From: Octopus bimaculoides
Taxonomy: Eukaryota
Assembly: GCF_001194135.2 (NCBI RefSeq)
Contig: NC_068999.1
Coordinates: 2,804,355-2,853,539 of the forward strand
Length of the DNA: 49,185 bases
Direction of reading: 5' to 3'
In this document: positions 1 through 12,067 of the stretch, one piece after another
How positions within the stretch are numbered: position 1 is the stretch's first letter
How the letters are laid out: every line of letters starts with the position of its first letter
Position numbers and translations under genes: made by a program
Notes under the pieces: generated by a model
Told to the model about the DNA's origin: nothing
Database searches by the model: none
Seen by the model: only the letters and a program-made list of their open reading frames with translations

Positions 1-369
1 TTTTGGCTGTTCGTACTTAGTTCGCTTAAAAGTGGAAAGAATCCCTTTATTTAGAAATGCATCCATTACACGCTTTTTTCTTTTCTTTAGAAATTTCACG
101 GCAACAGACGTGAGATGAAATTTTAAAATTGCTGCAAATTTTCAATTTCGAAATTTGAATTCTGAGTCTCACAAATCTCAATTCCTTTTTTAAATAAGTA
201 AAAACAGCTTTGCTGACGTTTTAGGAATGGAAATATCACCAGGAGTTTACACTGATAAATCATCTTCAGTTCTTTCATAATTTTTTAATCAATTCAAAAC
301 AGTTTGTACCGCATCATCACCTTGTAAAGAAAATGACTCAAGGAAGAAACAAGTATTCACATGAACATT

Positions 370-2300
370 ATCGAGGCACATCGTCAGATAGCAGTTGTTC
401 GTGTTTGAAAATTATGAAGAGTCGCAAGCTCTTAAGTGGCGTTGTAGACCAACCCCCGATTCTTGAGCGACAAGCTCTAAGCACACTTGGGGGCAAATAT
501 GTAGGTTTTGCTTAGATGGGAGTGTGCCTTTTGGCGTTTCCCAGCAGCTGTAGATACCCTGGCCTTCTCAGAGCTGCTTGTAGACGTCTGGATACAATCT
601 TGAAATGCTTCCGTGGGTTGGGGGACTGGTTCCTCTGCTTCTTTGGCCTTGGCTGAGATCGCTGTTGAATACAACCTTCAGAAATCTGAATTTGTCTATG
701 CATGAGATGTGGCCTACGCATCTGAGTTGTAGTGGATTAACTGCCTTGTAGGTTTTGGTCCTGGTGGACAGATACTGTGCACACTTTTGCAGATGTCCAA
801 AGGTGTTGGCTTCGGCAATGCGACGACTATCAACGTCCTTTTCAAAGGCTTCGTCTTTAGAAATGATACTCACCAGGGAGGTGAAGTGTTTGACTATGTT
901 AAGCGGATGCCCTTTGATGCTGATCTGCAGTGGTCGGTTTGTGACATACGGCGGTTTCTGGAGCAGCGCTTCAATTCCATTCAGACTGATAGTAAGGTGA
1001 AAGGCGTTGACTGCCTTAGCAAAGCGAGACACGACTATCTGGAGGGCTACCTCTGTGTGTGCTAGAAGAGTGCAGTCATCTGTCGACAGCAGGGTAAGGC
1101 TGAACTCCTGCAGAGTCTTTGTACGAGCAGTCGTCGAAGATTGAATATGTTTCCGTCATTTCAGACACGGATGTATATGCCCTCATGTAAGTCCTCCGTG
1201 ATCGCCCACAGCATTATGCTGAAGAAGATTGTGTCGGGGCGAGAACACAACCCTGTTTCACGCTGTTCTCAATGGAGAAGGACTCTGACAGGTTAGTGTT
1301 GTACTTAATCTGTCCCGCTGGCCCTCGGGTAGCTGTCAGAGTACAAGGTGGACAACCAAATCGCTCTAGAATTATCCACAGCCCATCCCTAATGACCGTA
1401 TGAAATACCTTTTATTTTCTTAGGTCGATGAAAGCAGTGTAAAGCACCATGTTTTCCTGTTTGCATTTCTCCTGTATCTGGAAGCGGACAAAGCTCATGG
1501 CTGTAATATCTCGGTTGGCACAAAAACTACACTGACTCTTGTGAAGGACTTCATCATCTTCAACAAGAACACACGCCACAATCTTGCCTACAATTGAAAG
1601 CAGTTTTATGCCTCTGTATTTGGGGCACACTGTCCTCACATCTTTGTTCTTGTACAGAGACACCATTATGGTGTTGTGCCGGTCGCTCGGGATTTCTCCT
1701 TTCTCCCGGCACAATTTAAACAGGTCAGTGAGTTTCTCAAGAAGTCGGTTTCTGCCATGCACACCAAGAGCCTTGTGAGTCCCCAGTTTAACAATCGCTG
1801 CCTTAATCTCGCCTATCGAAGGGTGGATGATCCAGCGCCTCTTATTCTGATCTACTGGCAATTGACGCTGCTTGCATTGAGCGTGTGTTTCCATATAAAT
1901 TTCCATAGTGTTCAATCCAGCGATGTATGAGGCCACTTTTGCATCGGCAGAGCGCAGAGGTATTTGAGTTTGGTGGGCAGGGTCATATACTGCACGGTGT
2001 GCCTCATCGAAGGATCTAATAGGTCCCTAATCAGTTAACATTGAGTCCTTTTAGCAAGTACCACCCACCAGTTGTTCTGGACTTCCCGCAGTTTCCACTG
2101 GAGAATCCTGCAGGCAGACCCGTGGGCAGGCTTGGTTGATTGGTTGTTTGGGTTGGCGACCATTCCTTCGTGTCAAGCGTGTTTCTGGCGGAGGAATTGT
2201 TGTATCTCTTCCTATATACATTTATATAAGTATATAGTTAATAAATCCTATGGTACACAGCAGGTAGTTTTGCCGGCAAAGCAGTTCACTGGCTTAATGT
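370..2300 (-). mobile_element. 5'-truncated, frameshifted RTE-clade (BovB-like) non-LTR retrotransposon: reverse transcriptase plus C-terminal zinc knuckle
   Basis: Minus-strand peptides match the RTE ORF in order. These are QWKLREVQNNWW (~2050-2100), the RT N-terminus in ORF 1412..1936 (IMVSLYKNK..VCPKYRGIKLLSIVGK..SQCSFCANR..QIQEKCKQEN..LYTAFIDLRK), ORF 568..1032 (LQLRCVGHISCIDKFRFLKVVFNSDLSQGQRSRG) and a terminal YICPKC..RACRSRIG..HLRAC* (stop ~412-414). There are multiple stops and frameshifts, and no endonuclease domain. Boundaries are approximate. Confidence 0.9.
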
Positions 2301-2310
2301 TCGTTGGGTG

Positions 2311-2377
2311 TGTAATTAATGGGAGACGGAAGATGTAAGATACGATCTTCCATATCTTCCGTCTCTCATTAATTACA
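2311..2377. repeat. Imperfect inverted repeat (~30-bp arms, 3-nt loop)
   Basis: tgtaattaatgggagacggaagatgtaagat-acg-atcttccatatcttccgtctctcattaattaca. The arms are reverse complements with about 2 mismatches and a small bulge. Confidence 0.9.
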
Positions 2378-2476
2378 TGTATGTATGTATGTATGTATGT
2401 ATGTATGTATGTACGTACGTACGTACGTATGTATGTACGTACGTATGTACGTACGTACGTATGTACGTACGTACGT
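2378..2476. repeat. (TATG)n/(TACG)n microsatellite
   Basis: Seen directly. Confidence 0.95.
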
Positions 2477-3695
2477 GGAGTGTCTTGGTGAGTGACTGCA
2501 TATCATTCAGTTTGTAGGAACCCGGTGTGTGTGTGTATGTTTGTTTAACTTCAGCGAGTGAGTAGGAACCGGAGTTTTGGAATGCGTTGCTGCATAACTT
2601 CATCCTTCAGCCTGAAGAAACCAGAAGTTCGAGTGTTATTAGCGTAGCGATGGCAGGCTGAGCAATATGTTTTCCTTGTAACCATGAAGCTCCTAGTTTT
2701 TTTCTAGGTTCTTACGTATGTGCTTACATATAGCTACATGGATGCATATATATATAAGACAATATTAACAATGTTTATTTGAACAACACCGTCATCAATG
2801 CTAAAATGTAAAGAATGAAAAGCTCAAGTGACACCACTGGGATCTGAACTTAGGACCTTGGGTGTTAAAAATATTTTCGGAATTCAACATCTGTCGCAAC
2901 GAACAACCAAACGGACAAACACTGTACACGAAGAACCTTGTAACGAACGCAGTAATGGTGATTAATATTACAATAATATTAATGAGAACATTGTTTTAAT
3001 ATTGTTTTGTATTGAAGGACCATTGGGGGTTGTCCAGACCCATGATAACTTCATCCATGTTTCTTAAAACTCATTCACTCAGTCATTCGAAGTTACTTCG
3101 AACGCAACTGGAACACTGGCACCACAAGAATATAAAAGAAAGTAAATAATAAACTTTGCTTCTCTTTCGAAGAATTTCTCCTGGTCTTCACAGAAATATT
3201 GCAAGACGTTTTAATTATTGAAAAGTTAATTAACGCTGGAACTATAAAACTCATTAGGAAATATTTTCTTCACAATTTCGGTCATAATTAATATCCAATC
3301 AAACAAAAATTGTTTTCATTAACATAATTTTTACTATAATTTGGTTTCTATTATATGCAAAAAAAAAAAAAAAACTAATTTCAAATCATTAATTACCCAG
3401 TTGTTGCTGCTTTTCAACCCCAGGTCAGCCTTGTTCCAGCAAATGCAATTATTTATGATTAAGACATAATTTTGACGAATATATTATATACCAGTCATAA
3501 ACTGAGGACTAGTTCCTCAACTGAGCACTCTAACCCCAATCACTAAACTGGTTTAGCTTCACAGTTAGACAAAAGAAATGAATCGTTCAGAATTTTCCAC
3601 TTTAAAATCCATGGGACAAATGATAGAACTGGGGGTTGGGGTACGGTTTCAATTGGTTTCACTTATATTAGTGTCCTTGGGCAACGAATGAACGC

Positions 3696-4078
3696 NNNNN
3701 NNNNNNNNNNNNNNNNNNNNNNNNNNNNNNNNNNNNNNNNNNNNNNNNNNNNNNNNNNNNNNNNNNNNNNNNNNNNNNNNNNNNNNNNNNNNNNNNNNNN
3801 NNNNNNNNNNNNNNNNNNNNNNNNNNNNNNNNNNNNNNNNNNNNNNNNNNNNNNNNNNNNNNNNNNNNNNNNNNNNNNNNNNNNNNNNNNNNNNNNNNNN
3901 NNNNNNNNNNNNNNNNNNNNNNNNNNNNNNNNNNNNNNNNNNNNNNNNNNNNNNNNNNNNNNNNNNNNNNNNNNNNNNNNNNNNNNNNNNNNNNNNNNNN
4001 NNNNNNNNNNNNNNNNNNNNNNNNNNNNNNNNNNNNNNNNNNNNNNNNNNNNNNNNNNNNNNNNNNNNNNNNNNNNNN
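3696..4078. other. Assembly gap. Other gaps: 5154-6068, 13047-13432, 18625-19385, ~20628-20637, 23937-24257, 25144-25231, 32687-32734, 40932-41694, two ~10-N gaps near 43530 and 43710, 46265-47007
   Basis: N runs, mostly flanked by microsatellites, typical of a short-read scaffold. Confidence 1.
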
Positions 4079-4111
<33 letters not shown>

Positions 4112-5110
4112 CCATTATCAAACTGCATTATAAATGGCGACGATACATCGATCATTATCATTCTTTCAACAATTGATCTGTTAAACTAAAAACTAGGCTG
4201 CCTCAATAATAAGCAAAGGTGTTTACGTTGGGGGCCAGGCATTCTGCTGCACTTTCTGAGACACTGCTCAGATAATAAATAAATTGCAAAGCCAGAGTTC
4301 TTTTAGTTTGAGGATCTAATCTCAGTAAGTGTATTCCAGTCGAGTTCCAAATCTTATTTTCTCTGCAGAAATGGAAAGTTATAATTTATCCTGCGATATT
4401 ATATTACAATCGTTTAATAGTGAAATATTGACGGTTGCAGCAATGCTTTTGTCTTGATGTCGCTAATTTGTTCTCATTAATTTAATGAAAGAAAACAAAA
4501 AGAATTTATTAAAACAAAATCTATGAAAATAAAAATCAGAATGCGAAAACGATTTCTTATTTCGAAATCGAAATTTATAACAAAGAGAAGAGAGAAAAAA
4601 AAATATAATAAATGAAATATATTTTTTGCCTTTTTTGAATTTTTGCTTTGAAGAATGTAATAATGTAATACTGAAAGACTTTGGTTTTTACGAAATGAAT
4701 GTATTGTCGATATTTTTGGCAGATCAATACAGGAAACAGTTAGAAATATTATGGTCTTTATCGGCATCCGTAGAATATAAAAATAAAAAAGACAATAATT
4801 AGGTTCCAGGGTTTAGGAACGGTTTTAGTTAAATAATACATCTTTACTAAATGAAATTGCCATACTTAATGGTGTTTTATAGAATCGAAGTGGATATGTA
4901 TGGGTGTAGGTGTGTGGGTGTGAATACAGGTACATGTATGTATGTGTGAATGCATGTATATGTCTACGCGTGTATGCCTGTGTTTATACATGTGTGTGTA
5001 TGTATGTATATGTATGTATATGTATGTCTATGTATGTATGTATGTATACACACAGTCACACACATATACACTTATATGTATGTATGTATGTATGTATGTA
5101 TGAATGTATG

Positions 5111-5153
<43 letters not shown>

Positions 5154-6084
5154 NNNNNNNNNNNNNNNNNNNNNNNNNNNNNNNNNNNNNNNNNNNNNNN
5201 NNNNNNNNNNNNNNNNNNNNNNNNNNNNNNNNNNNNNNNNNNNNNNNNNNNNNNNNNNNNNNNNNNNNNNNNNNNNNNNNNNNNNNNNNNNNNNNNNNNN
5301 NNNNNNNNNNNNNNNNNNNNNNNNNNNNNNNNNNNNNNNNNNNNNNNNNNNNNNNNNNNNNNNNNNNNNNNNNNNNNNNNNNNNNNNNNNNNNNNNNNNN
5401 NNNNNNNNNNNNNNNNNNNNNNNNNNNNNNNNNNNNNNNNNNNNNNNNNNNNNNNNNNNNNNNNNNNNNNNNNNNNNNNNNNNNNNNNNNNNNNNNNNNN
5501 NNNNNNNNNNNNNNNNNNNNNNNNNNNNNNNNNNNNNNNNNNNNNNNNNNNNNNNNNNNNNNNNNNNNNNNNNNNNNNNNNNNNNNNNNNNNNNNNNNNN
5601 NNNNNNNNNNNNNNNNNNNNNNNNNNNNNNNNNNNNNNNNNNNNNNNNNNNNNNNNNNNNNNNNNNNNNNNNNNNNNNNNNNNNNNNNNNNNNNNNNNNN
5701 NNNNNNNNNNNNNNNNNNNNNNNNNNNNNNNNNNNNNNNNNNNNNNNNNNNNNNNNNNNNNNNNNNNNNNNNNNNNNNNNNNNNNNNNNNNNNNNNNNNN
5801 NNNNNNNNNNNNNNNNNNNNNNNNNNNNNNNNNNNNNNNNNNNNNNNNNNNNNNNNNNNNNNNNNNNNNNNNNNNNNNNNNNNNNNNNNNNNNNNNNNNN
5901 NNNNNNNNNNNNNNNNNNNNNNNNNNNNNNNNNNNNNNNNNNNNNNNNNNNNNNNNNNNNNNNNNNNNNNNNNNNNNNNNNNNNNNNNNNNNNNNNNNNN
6001 NNNNNNNNNNNNNNNNNNNNNNNNNNNNNNNNNNNNNNNNNNNNNNNNNNNNNNNNNNNNNNNNNNNNATATATATATATATAT

Positions 6085-6245
6085 AGCCGCAGGAGTGGGT
6101 GTGTGATAAGTAGCCTGCTTACGAGCCACATGGTTTCGGGTTCAGTCCCACTGCGTGGCATTTTGGGCAAGTGTCTTCTAGCCTCGGGCCGACCAAAGCC
6201 TTGTGAGTAGATATGGTAGACGGAAACTGAAAGAAGCCCGTCGTA
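6085..6245 (+). mobile_element. tRNA-derived SINE, family B, 5' half (CORE-like segment), ending in a TA/TG microsatellite
   Basis: A-box-like gtgtgataagtag, B-box-like gggttcagtccc, then ttttgggcaagtgtcttc (resembles the CORE-SINE CCTTGGGCAAG motif). Degenerate relatives occur at ~15430-15470 (-) and ~38596-38700 (+). Confidence 0.75.
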
Positions 6246-6694
6246 TATATGTATATGTATATATATGTGTGTGTGTGTTTGTGATATAATATATTTCCAA
6301 CAAAAGATCGGGGAATGGTATAAACGGAAGGCAGGAAGATGACGGGTAAACAGCATTATTTCCGTCCAAAGTTACCATTTTCATCATGACTATACATTCT
6401 GAAGGTGTGGCGATGTTTGATGTGGAGGTGTTTATGTTAAGTGTGTGTGTGGGGGAGGGAGTGAGAGGGGGCTTCTAAATTTACTCACATCATTAACACA
6501 CATCATTAGTTTAGTAATTACTGGTATATTGATTGAGTGGATATTTTTTCACGAGGAAATATCGATTGAGTATGGTATGTTATAGTATCCAGCATTGCGG
6601 TATGTATATTAGGATAATCTACGTTATAACAAGCTGTAATCTGGTATCCTAGACGATGCTATAAATGATGGAGTGTCCAGGGAAGAATCGTTCC

Positions 6695-6729
<35 letters not shown>

Positions 6730-9479
6730 AATATATTGCTGAAGTCTGTGTTACATAAAAGAATGGAAAATTTCCTCTTTTGCAAGGCTGAAGTTATAAA
6801 CTGACAAATGAGAATACATTAGACATAATTAAGACACATAACATATAACTGTGGATTTGTGCAATGATCCGTGACAATACTGTTTCTGTGATTGCTCTCA
6901 ACCATTAATTCCGAACGATCAGAAAGAAAGCAGGAATGTTACTTTGAAGAATTACTCATTTCGAAGTCCGTTCCACAACTAGCAACGGCAAACATTTTCA
7001 GTGCCAAAGAACTAAAAATGTTCGACCGTCAACAAAAATATTCAACGGCTGTAAATTATTAGAAAATTTTAACCAGAAAAAGAAATAAGAGACGATCTAG
7101 AAAGAAATAACCGATCTATACTTTCTAAGCTAAACAAAGGGAAATTATTTGCAATCGATGCACTTCCATCTTTCATTAGACCCGAGAAAAAAAAAAAAGA
7201 CAACATTGAGAGACAACTAAATTGTAAATAAAATAGACAACTTAGGAAATTGAACAAGCCATATTTTTGTATTATTCTACCTGTAGTGTATAAATAATAA
7301 TAAAGTGAAGACAGCATGTTCTTTGTCTATCTCCTTACCTTCTTGGAGGTTTTAGGTAAAATCATACTAATGTGTCCATCTGTTTTAATTTAATTTAATT
7401 CTATGTCTTTATGCAGCTGAGAATTGCTCTGCATTTAAATTGATGTAATGATTGCATTGTTCCATTAAATGGAGTTGCTTGAAACGATCGTACTGCATTA
7501 CCTCTGGATATCCTTGTTGCTTATTTTGATTTTACAGCCTACTTATAAAGGTAAAAATTCCAGGGTTTAGTTAAATGTTTTTGAATAACATAGACAAATT
7601 TAGAACCTGCGTTTAACTCCATTTCTTAATTTGCCACAAAAATTTACTGGTCCAAATCTTTTAACAACGAAAAATATGCTGAACTGTTAATGACCATTGT
7701 TTGTGTTCTATCATATTTGCTGGCGTATAAATCTCATTCTCATTTTACGAGTACATTTTGTGAAAAATATAAATTTATTATGTTTCATCATGCACATATC
7801 GAAAGCTATTTTAAAGTAGTTTTGTAGAGAAAATGTATGATTCTGTGCATGTTAATACAATGCTATGACAGCATACAGAAATAAAGTATGAAAGCATAAA
7901 TTTGTCATTAATAATCTGTTATGGGAGAACCATATTTCAGCTTTTAACTTTCAATTAAACTGTGAAGTTGTTTATATTTTGGTCTAGAGAATTGCTAAAC
8001 AAAATATAAAACTCGTATTTTCGGCCATTTTGTTTTGTGTAGCCGCTATTGGTCACTGGGGTGGTGCACCACTGCTATCGTTTTTCGTTATCCACTCATT
8101 ATAAATGGCTGATAGAAAGATGAATATTTAACGTTGCTTTCAACTTTCTAAGAGAATTTTTATATTTTGATAATTAAAAATTGTTTCCTTAAGGTTACAG
8201 TCATTCAATAATTTAAAACATATCAGGTATGGGTTATGTATTCTGAGGAAGAAGACATAATGAAATGGTGTGATCTCCCCACATGAATACCAAAATACCG
8301 TAGTTCGTGCCAGCAAATTGCAATTTTTGGCTTGCTTTTAGTCTTCTATTACTGATGATAATTATTATGCCAGACAAACCTATGCTCATCTATGATCTTC
8401 CTACAATACAACACTAGATTTCCTTTTCTTATCCGTAATATGGATCCATTAGACGCAGGGCAAATTATCGATACATTTTTTTTAAAACGCGTCTTATAGG
8501 CCAGCAAATATAGTAATTCTAATAAGGTTTCTTTGGTTCTACCTCTGGTATTGAATCACGGATATTCCGGACCATCTCAGTTTTCATATAACTCAGACTA
8601 TTTTATAGTCATATTTATGAAACAAAAAAAGGGGGGGGGAGATTTGATACTTCAGTTAAATAGAAGAAACCAATTGTTAATATCGTGGTTTGATGTCTTT
8701 TCTCATTCAGTCTGAGATTTTCCATGATTTTTATCATATTCGTAAGGTTGGAGCAGATAGACATCTTCTGGGGTCTAAAATCTCTAAAACTGTTCCAACT
8801 TATTGCTGGATGTATGTTTTAAATTTTTGGAGAAACTTCTGCGGCCCATATGGCCAGTTCTTATCTTACACGTCTACAACATTAAGTAGAAAAGAGTTGA
8901 GTGTTTTCTTGGCGATAACATTAGTCTTCTTCGCAGTTAACTTTTCTCTCAGGAGGAAACTTATTCAGCACATGTCAAAGAGAACCATTCGTCATTATTC
9001 CAGTGCTGCTCTTGCCTTTCTGCTGAATTCTACCACCCTGTCATACTGCTTCAATATGCTACCCTTATTCCACCGCCGCATTTTACCACCCTTATCGCAC
9101 TGATGCGCCATTGCAACTTATAAATGATGGCCGTCACTCGCAAGAGAATCTGATCCGACAGCGTCCACCGTATTTTTGCTAATTGTTTTAGCATCTCATA
9201 TAATGGTGAGGAAATATAGAAATCCCCCCCACTTCTCTCAATCCCCCCCCCCCACCACACTTCCCGACCCAACTGGACATTCATGATATGTCTGCTAAAA
9301 GAAGAGCTTCATCATTCTGGGATTCGTTATAGAAATACTGGTCTTATGTTGGTACTTCTAGTTTCGACCCTGAAACAGTGAAATACTAAGTTGATCTCGG
9401 TATCATTTGAACTCAGAGCGCAAAGGGCAGAAACAAATATATCCCATTTTATCTGACCCTCCAACCATTTCGCATGTGA

Positions 9480-9750
9480 GGGCGCATGGCCTTGTGATTA
9501 GGGTCTTGCACTCACTAGCGCTTTCAATTCCTGGATCGGGCGGTGCGTTATATTCTTGAGCAAAGCACTCCGTCTTGCGTCGCTCTCTGATCTCTTCGAC
9601 ACCTGATGTGTGGCAAACCGTGCACCTGTTCAGGCAACGTCGATTGGATGGAAGGACAGGTGAGCTAGTATAAAGCACATACATTTGATTACTAAAGGCA
9701 AATCACCTGAGCAGGTCGTTCACCAGGAAATGACAAAACCGTCTTTCTCG
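9480..9750 (+). mobile_element. Degenerate tRNA/CORE-like SINE
   Basis: gcatggccttgtgattagggtcttgcactc head, B-box-like ttcaattcct and CORE-like cttgagcaaagcact. It is preceded by a degenerate minus-strand family A SINE piece (~9340-9440). Confidence 0.5.
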
Positions 9751-9954
9751 GACTACAAAAGACTACCATCACATTCTTACCAATCTATTAGGAACGGATT
9801 CCCGTCAGTTTTAACGATGACCATTCAGTTATTCCACCAACTGAACTACTTAGAATGTAGATGGCTGAGTATTCCACGGACGTGTACAGTTTATGGTAAT
9901 CATCAGAAACAATCAGCGACACAGTGTACAACAATATATATATATTCTTTTAAT

Positions 9955-10350
9955 CTTTTACTTGTTTCATCCATTTGACTGCGGCTATGCTAGACCACAG
10001 AAGCAGAAGGTTTCTGGAGGTGGCTGGTGTATCTGCTGCGAGGAGGATCATCAAGGAATGTGGGGAGAAAGCAGTTGAGGGTAGTGCTTCGACTACCAGG
10101 AGGTTTGTGAACGCGTATAAGACCCCAGAACTGGCATGAGTCCAGTTGCAACGCAATCCGTCCATACGAAGCCCGGTATGGAGCCCAGACAGAATTTTCT
10201 TTAGGTCGAGTAGCCGATCCTGCTCAAAAGGTCTCTGAATAAGGGTTGTTTAAGGATGTTGAACAAAACATCCATGTTTTCAAAGGTGAATTATCTAAAC
10301 CCCAAAGAATCCCTCTGAACACGTGGCTATGCTGCTCCCTTGACTTACCT
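9955..10350 (-). mobile_element. Unclassified composite interspersed repeat
   Basis: The left end (ttgtttcatccatttgactgcggctatgc) resembles the tail at 45110-45150. The body is higher in GC than its flanks and has no credible ORF. Classification is from recall of octopus repeats only. Confidence 0.4.
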
Positions 10351-10386
10351 TGAACTCTACATCTTTGTCATCTGGGTATTTTCTCT

Positions 10387-10851
10387 TCAGATCCTCAACG
10401 ACAACGCTTTCTCTTGAATGATTTCTTGACTAATAGTAGCAAACTGACGATTCAAGCTAAAAATCCAAAGAGAAAGAAGACTTTCCATTTCTTCAAAGTT
10501 TTTAGCTCTTTTCTTATTGATGACAATGTTCTTTATCCCTGGGACTTCAGATTTGATATGGGCTAAACTCTTGTCTTTATTATGTACAATCGTCCATACA
10601 GGTGTCCGACTCATCCCAAAAGATCATGCAATTACTACCACTTTTTCACCTTTTTCATGGCTTTTTATCATAGCCAGTATATCTTCCAGTGTTATAGCAT
10701 GAGGCTTAGCACTTTCACTATAAATTTTCTCAGGAGCCATGGGGGAAAAAGATAAAGTCACAAATGAATGAAAATGAGAAAGTAGCCGATAAACAGACGT
10801 AAACAAATCTGAATTCAAAACAATCGCGGGAATCACGAGTGACAAACACAC
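10387..10851 (-). mobile_element. Tigger/pogo-family DNA transposase N-terminal fragment (CENP-B-type HTH), frameshifted
   Basis: ORF 10624..10851 ends MAPEKIYSESAKPHAITLEDILAMIKSHEKGEKVVVIA. ORF 10387..10614 reads RTPVWTIVHNKD..KKRAKNFEEMESLLSLWI..ISQEIIQEKALSL. Both match the Tigger pattern AITLE.KL..I...E.GE / EEME.LL..W / I..IQEKA.SL. Confidence 0.85.
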
Positions 10852-11615
10852 CTAACGGTAGATATTGGAATTATAGTGCAATATGAACTCCGAAAGACCG
10901 ATAAATAAGACAACACAGCTGATTTTATGATTTCGATCACTAAGCTACATTACTTTATGGTGTGTATCTTAACATTTACTGTACACATTTTAGTATGATT
11001 TTATATGCATTTATTTATTGTATAGTAATATGATTTTATGTGCTTTTACCGGTTTTCTGGTGATTTTACGATTTCAATATTTGTGGCGGACAGACGTAAA
11101 GTCGAGTAAAATGACTTAACTTGATTTTTATTTTTCCATATATTATTTTTGAAAACCGGTGTATATTCGGGAACAATGGCCCTTATTAATTTTACGAGAC
11201 CATTATCGATGATATTTTGAACCTGTTGGATGAATTATGGTGACTTTATAGCATACGAACGTTTAGAATGTTTTTTTCTCTTTGATACAGTTGAAACATT
11301 CCTACCAGAGGCTTCCAATTCCATTCGAATTTTTAGTACAAAAGACCTTGCAACATTTAGAAAGTTGGCTGTGTTCTGCACATGGCAACAATGACTGAAT
11401 ATCTTGTGTTAGCATTTTATCTGCAATGGGAGACCCGAACTAAAAACAAAAACAAAAAAAACAACTCATTTTGCTTGAAGAGAATAACATTGATAATTCA
11501 GTGTCCTCAAATACCCCTCGTAACCTGTACATACATCTAAACGTACATACGTCAATGTATATATAATATATATGTGTATATATACATAAATACCTATTTA
11601 TATATATATGTGTGT

Positions 11616-11662
<47 letters not shown>

Positions 11663-11732
11663 TGTGTACATACATATAAATGTATATATATACGTGTCTA
11701 TATGTATATATGTATATTCACAAGCACATATC

Positions 11733-12067
11733 CAGTGGGGGTCAATGGTATATATACTCTAAGTCAGCTAACCTTTTTTGCATGGGGCTTTGTGAAAAAT
11801 CACTGCGTGCCCCTGTGTTCTAAGACGGGGATCCTCGAGGTTTTCAAGATCATCACTCAGGCAATTTGCAAGGGGATCAGTGACAGCAAAAACGGCAGCA
11901 CTATGACCAGAATAATAGCTCTTGTCAAGGAGGAAGAGTGACACACCTGAACTAAAAATGTAACTAAAGGTATAGAAGAAAAAATTATATTCAGGTTACA
12001 CTGTGGCACACCTAGCATCGTCTCGTGGCACACCAGTGTGCTGCAGCAAATCGACTGCGGAACATTG
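11733..12067. mobile_element. Possible hAT (Charlie-like) MITE relic
   Basis: The right end gtggcacacctagcatcgtctcgtggcacaccagtgtgctgcagc..ctgcggaacattg resembles hAT subterminal GGCACAC repeats and terminal inverted repeat. The left end is poorly defined. Confidence 0.35.

Noticed and set aside
8061-8072. 12-bp palindrome GTGGTGCACCAC as a Helitron 3' hairpin or terminator
   Set aside because: There is no CTRR end or matching 5' TC terminus. The surrounding 7560-8100 block may be a transposon relic but could not be classified.
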